A stretch of DNA of 32,000 nt, from the NCBI RefSeq assembly GCF_000195955.2, contig NC_000962.3, positions 2,670,001-2,702,000 on the forward strand. Direction: 5' to 3'. A program made the translations under genes and the position numbers. The notes under the pieces were generated by a model. That model saw nothing but the letters and a program-made list of their open reading frames with translations. It was not told where the DNA came from and ran no database searches. Positions 27,715 to 32,000 of the stretch are shown piece by piece. How positions within the stretch are numbered: position 1 is the first letter of the stretch; each line of letters starts with the position of its first letter. This DNA comes from Mycobacterium tuberculosis H37Rv. Lineage in GTDB: Bacteria > Actinomycetota > Actinomycetes > Mycobacteriales > Mycobacteriaceae.

Positions 27715-28057
27715 TGGCGACCTTCCGGTGCGGGACTTTGGACAACGTTCCCGTAGCGGCGGAAAGGCGATCGCTGAACATTGCAGGACTCACGAACTCC
27801 ACATCAGACCGCGCACGGGTGGGGAGTCAGCGACAACAGTGCAGGTTGGCCGCAGCGCCGCAAACGAGCGCGCCGACATAGCGCCCCGAAAAACCCGATG
27901 CTGCGTGCACGTGGCGAAGCCTAACAGAATTCGGCTGGCCGACCAGTTGGCGCGCAGCTCAATGGGTGAGAAGCCAGGTCACGATCACCAGCGCAACCAG
28001 CGTGACCAGAACCAACGTGACGTGCGACCTCGGCATCCGGGCTACCTGGGCGCCTGA
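27653..28057 (+). CDS. Weakly supported hypothetical ORF (Rv2401-like call)
   Basis: 134-aa ORF, antisense to the subI 5' region and leader. Low-complexity polar composition. I doubt it is a real gene. Confidence 0.2.
   Translation: MCRQRDALAMQLASESVKESIGDLPVRDFGQRSRSGGKAIAEHCRTHELHIRPRTGGESATTVQVGRSAANERADIAPRKTRCCVHVAKPNRIRLADQLARSSMGEKPGHDHQRNQRDQNQRDVRPRHPGYLGA
27771..27833 (-). promoter_or_regulatory. Candidate alternative RNA structures between the Cys leader ORF and subI
   Basis: Minus-strand TCGCTGA (27833-27827, the end of the Cys leader ORF) is complementary to TCAGCGA (27777-27771). A competing hairpin ACTCC-CCAC/GTGG-AGT lies between them. Confidence 0.4.
27827..27910 (-). CDS. 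Cysteine-rich leader peptide upstream of subI-cysT-cysW-cysA1
   Basis: The minus strand translates by hand to VHAASGFSGRYVGALVCGAAANLHCCR* (27 aa, GTG start). Consecutive Cys codons TGT TGT lie two codons before the stop. Below the ORF track cut-off. Confidence 0.7.
   Translation of the reverse strand: MHAASGFSGRYVGALVCGAAANLHCCR
27918..27923 (-). promoter_or_regulatory. Putative -10 hexamer TAGGCT (TANNNT) for leaderless transcription at GTG 27910
   Basis: Seven bases separate the hexamer from the GTG start codon on the minus strand. Confidence 0.55.
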
Positions 28058-28236
28058 TCGGGGCGGCGGGCGCGGCGAATCAACTGAATGACCCGGCCGA
28101 GCAGGGCATCCAGCAATGCCGCGGTGAAATAGGCCAAAGCCAGCACGACCGGCATGACTGCCAACGCCTGCAGCGCGAACGGGAGTCCGGACAGCCACAG
28201 CTCGACGCCGTCCCACCAACTCAGGAACCCGTTCAT
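28042..28236 (-). CDS. Small membrane protein (about 64 aa)
   Basis: MNGFLSWWDGVELWLSGLPFALQALAVMPVVLALAYFTAALLDALLGRVIQLIRRARRPDQAPR. One clear hydrophobic segment with a positively charged C-terminus. TATAGT -10 (28251-28246) predicts a very short 5' UTR to the ATG at 28236. Confidence 0.65.
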   Translation of the reverse strand: MNGFLSWWDGVELWLSGLPFALQALAVMPVVLALAYFTAALLDALLGRVIQLIRRARRPDQAPR

Positions 28237-28372
28237 CGGGCCCACACTATAGCGCCGGCAGGCAAAACCCCAGGTGTGTCGCGATTACGGTGACCGCCGA
28301 CGCCAAACCGCGACACGGCACACGGCTGCTAGGCCCACCTGAGCACGCACCCAACTACGCCGGGCGCCGGGC

Positions 28373-30457
28373 GTGAAGTGGACGCCGAGCAAGTCGACAG
28401 ATGATGATGTCGGCATGGTCCTGCACGCTCAACCCCCCGACCAATCGACCGAAACAGCCCGCGAGGCTAAAGCGTTGGCCGGGGCAACGGACGGGGCAAC
28501 GGCCACATCCGCGGATCTGCACGCACCCATGGCTCTATCGTCCAGTTCGCCACTGCGCAACCCGTTTCCGCCGATCGCCGACTACGCGTTCTTGTCCGAT
28601 TGGGAAACGACGTGCCTGATTTCGCCGGCGGGTTCGGTGGAGTGGCTGTGTGTGCCACGGCCGGACTCCCCCAGTGTGTTCGGCGCGATCCTGGACCGCA
28701 GCGCCGGCCATTTTCGTCTGGGCCCCTACGGTGTTTCGGTGCCTTCGGCGCGACGCTACCTTCCGGGCAGCCTGATCATGGAGACCACCTGGCAGACCCA
28801 TACCGGCTGGCTGATCGTGCGAGACGCGCTGGTGATGGGTAAATGGCACGATATCGAACGGCGATCGCGGACCCACCGCCGCACCCCGATGGACTGGGAC
28901 GCCGAGCACATCCTGTTGCGCACGGTGCGCTGCGTCAGCGGCACCGTTGAACTGATGATGAGCTGCGAGCCGGCGTTCGACTATCACCGCTTGGGCGCCA
29001 CCTGGGAATACTCGGCCGAGGCTTACGGCGAGGCCATAGCCCGCGCCAACACGGAGCCCGACGCGCACCCGACGCTGCGGCTGACCACCAACCTGCGGAT
29101 CGGGCTGGAGGGCCGGGAAGCACGCGCACGCACCCGGATGAAGGAGGGTGACGACGTGTTCGTCGCGCTGAGCTGGACCAAACACCCGCCGCCGCAGACC
29201 TACGACGAGGCCGCCGACAAGATGTGGCAAACCACCGAGTGCTGGCGGCAGTGGATCAACATCGGCAACTTCCCCGACCACCCATGGCGGGCGTACCTGC
29301 AGCGCAGCGCGCTAACCCTGAAGGGGTTGACCTACTCCCCCACCGGGGCGCTGCTCGCGGCGAGCACCACGTCGCTGCCGGAAACCCCGCGAGGCGAACG
29401 CAACTGGGACTACCGCTATGCCTGGATTCGCGACTCGACCTTCGCGCTGTGGGGGCTCTACACCCTGGGATTGGACCGGGAAGCCGACGACTTCTTTGCG
29501 TTCATCGCCGACGTGTCCGGCGCCAACAACAACGAACGCCATCCGCTGCAGGTGATGTACGGGGTGGGCGGTGAACGCAGCCTGGTCGAAGCGGAGCTGC
29601 ACCATTTGTCCGGCTACGATCATGCCCGCCCGGTGCGCATCGGCAACGGCGCCTACAACCAGCGCCAACACGACATCTGGGGTTCGATCCTGGACTCGTT
29701 TTACCTGCACGCAAAGTCCCGCGAGCAAGTCCCGGAGAACCTATGGCCGGTGCTGAAGCGGCAGGTGGAAGAGGCCATCAAGCATTGGCGTGAGCCCGAC
29801 CGGGGAATCTGGGAGGTGCGCGGCGAGCCGCAACACTTCACGTCGTCGAAGGTGATGTGCTGGGTCGCCTTGGACCGGGGGGCCAAACTGGCCGAGCGTC
29901 AGGGCGAGAAAAGCTACGCCCAGCAGTGGCGGGCCATCGCCGACGAGATCAAGGCCGACATTCTGGAACACGGGGTGGACTCGCGCGGCGTGTTCACCCA
30001 GCGCTACGGCGATGAGGCGTTGGACGCCTCACTGCTGCTGGTGGTGCTGACCCGATTCCTGCCGCCGGACGACCCGCGGGTGCGCAACACCGTGCTGGCC
30101 ATCGCCGACGAGCTGACCGAGGACGGCCTGGTGTTGAGGTACCGGGTGCATGAGACCGACGACGGGCTTTCCGGCGAGGAAGGCACGTTCACCATCTGCT
30201 CGTTTTGGCTGGTATCGGCGCTGGTCGAGATCGGTGAGGTGGGCCGCGCCAAGCGGCTGTGCGAGCGGCTGTTGTCCTTCGCCAGCCCGCTGCTGCTCTA
30301 CGCGGAGGAGATTGAGCCGCGGAGCGGGCGTCACCTGGGCAACTTCCCGCAGGCGTTCACCCACCTGGCACTGATCAACGCCGTGGTCCACGTGATTCGC
30401 GCCGAGGAGGAAGCCGACAGCTCGGGGATGTTTCAGCCCGCCAACGCCCCCATGTAG
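28373..30457 (+). CDS. GH15 glucoamylase-like trehalase
   Basis: GH15 motifs NWDYRYAWIRDSTFALWGLYTLG, GLLSEE-type region IWEVRG and TFTICSFWLVSALVEIG. Start uncertain: 694-aa ORF, internal ATGs at 28415 and 28529. Confidence 0.85.
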   Translation: MKWTPSKSTDDDVGMVLHAQPPDQSTETAREAKALAGATDGATATSADLHAPMALSSSSPLRNPFPPIADYAFLSDWETTCLISPAGSVEWLCVPRPDSPSVFGAILDRSAGHFRLGPYGVSVPSARRYLPGSLIMETTWQTHTGWLIVRDALVMGKWHDIERRSRTHRRTPMDWDAEHILLRTVRCVSGTVELMMSCEPAFDYHRLGATWEYSAEAYGEAIARANTEPDAHPTLRLTTNLRIGLEGREARARTRMKEGDDVFVALSWTKHPPPQTYDEAADKMWQTTECWRQWINIGNFPDHPWRAYLQRSALTLKGLTYSPTGALLAASTTSLPETPRGERNWDYRYAWIRDSTFALWGLYTLGLDREADDFFAFIADVSGANNNERHPLQVMYGVGGERSLVEAELHHLSGYDHARPVRIGNGAYNQRQHDIWGSILDSFYLHAKSREQVPENLWPVLKRQVEEAIKHWREPDRGIWEVRGEPQHFTSSKVMCWVALDRGAKLAERQGEKSYAQQWRAIADEIKADILEHGVDSRGVFTQRYGDEALDASLLLVVLTRFLPPDDPRVRNTVLAIADELTEDGLVLRYRVHETDDGLSGEEGTFTICSFWLVSALVEIGEVGRAKRLCERLLSFASPLLLYAEEIEPRSGRHLGNFPQAFTHLALINAVVHVIRAEEEADSSGMFQPANAPM

Positions 30458-30466
30458 GACTTCCGA

Positions 30467-30530
30467 TGCCGAGCAGACGCAAAATCGCCCAAATTCGGGC
30501 CGAAATGGGCGATTTTGCGTCTGCTCGGCA
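30467..30530. terminator. Bidirectional intrinsic-terminator-like palindrome between convergent genes
   Basis: 25-bp perfect arms TGCCGAGCAGACGCAAAATCGCCCA / TGGGCGATTTTGCGTCTGCTCGGCA around a 14-nt centre that is itself partly self-complementary (TTCGG-CCGAA). Confidence 0.75.
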
Positions 30531-30534
30531 AGCG

Positions 30535-31286
30535 TCAACTCAATTCGCTGATCCTGTCCATCATCGCGTGTGCGATATCGACGGCGCTGGTGCTGATGTC
30601 GGCCGACCCCTGATCCGACGGGTGGGTGATGCCAAAGAAGGTGACCGCGACCTCGACCACGCAATTGCCCCGTACGCCGACGGCACGGGCCTGAGGGACG
30701 GACGCCAGTATGGAGTGCGTGCCGCGTCGCAGCGAGACCGTTGCCGCGACAACTGAATCCGCAACCCGGACGTCGGTGATGGAGCGTTGACCGAACGCGC
30801 TGGCGGGCACCGTCAGCGTTGTGCCATCACATTCCTTCCACTGCGCAGAAAACCTCGCGAACAGATCATCGGCGGCTGCCGCGGAAGGCAGGGCGACGAC
30901 ACCCTCATCGACGTCATCCACCTTCACCGAGGAACCGTCGTGTCGCCACGACACCCGGGCGACGCTTTTGACCTCGACGGACCGGTAAACGTTCCGCTGC
31001 GTCAGGTAACCGACGCCCACGCAGTCAGCGGGCCGAGCCGATACATCACTGTCTCCCAAACTGTCGCTGCCCCCGAACACCGGCGGGAAAGGTGGAAGGG
31101 CCTGAAACGGCTGGTTGAGGAGCGTTGACAGCGCAGCGCCGTCGAGCGGTACCCGCTGGATCAGTGAACCCATCAGCGGACGCGGCACTGCGTTCGGCGC
31201 CAGACCTGCTTTCCCGGTCGTCGTTGTGGTGCACCCGGCAGCGAGGAACACGGCAAACAGCGGAACCACCCAGCGCCAGCGGTTTG

Positions 31287-31290
<4 letters not shown>
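30535..31290 (-). CDS. lppR: LppR, probable conserved lipoprotein
   Basis: 251 aa from GTG 31290 with lipoprotein signal [17 protein letters not shown]. The ORF track's 434-aa version extends upstream over lepA. Confidence 0.85.

Positions 31291-32000
<710 letters not shown>

Overview
The window is recognisable as Mycobacterium tuberculosis complex chromosome, roughly the Rv2381c-Rv2404c interval. This was recognised from memory of protein sequences, not by a database search. It contains: the mycobactin siderophore locus (mbtD 5' end, mbtC, mbtB, mbtA, mbtJ, mbtI) with IdeR-box-like sites; an SbtA-like membrane protein; hemW/hemN; rpfD; an Mce-associated-like membrane protein; the assimilatory sulfite/APS reduction operon sirA-cysH-che1; ggtB; an OPT-family transporter; the MTBC-specific acid/phagosome-regulated aprA-aprB-PE_PGRS41 locus with a PhoP-like box and the expected position of sRNA Mcr7; the sulfate importer subI-cysT-cysW-cysA1; a GH15 trehalase-like gene; lppR; and the 3' part of lepA. 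The most interesting signals lie outside the ORF track. Two very short GTG-initiated ORFs end in cysteine-rich peptides. One is VTAAKNPRPDLRIALVARRHIDLKRVCSCGCRP* upstream of sirA. The other is VHAASGFSGRYVGALVCGAAANLHCCR* upstream of subI on the minus strand. Each has a -10-like hexamer placed for leaderless transcription, and the Cys codons sit in the arm of a potential RNA hairpin. They look like a paired cysteine-sensing attenuator system controlling sulfate uptake and sulfate/sulfite reduction. Other notable signals: a 54-bp VNTR (MIRU24-like) in frame in the 5' end of che1; a near-perfect 64-nt terminator-like palindrome between convergent genes; a palindrome over the putative promoter of the OPT gene; an unlisted small conserved-looking ORF between mbtI and the SbtA-like gene; and a short near-leaderless membrane protein gene.
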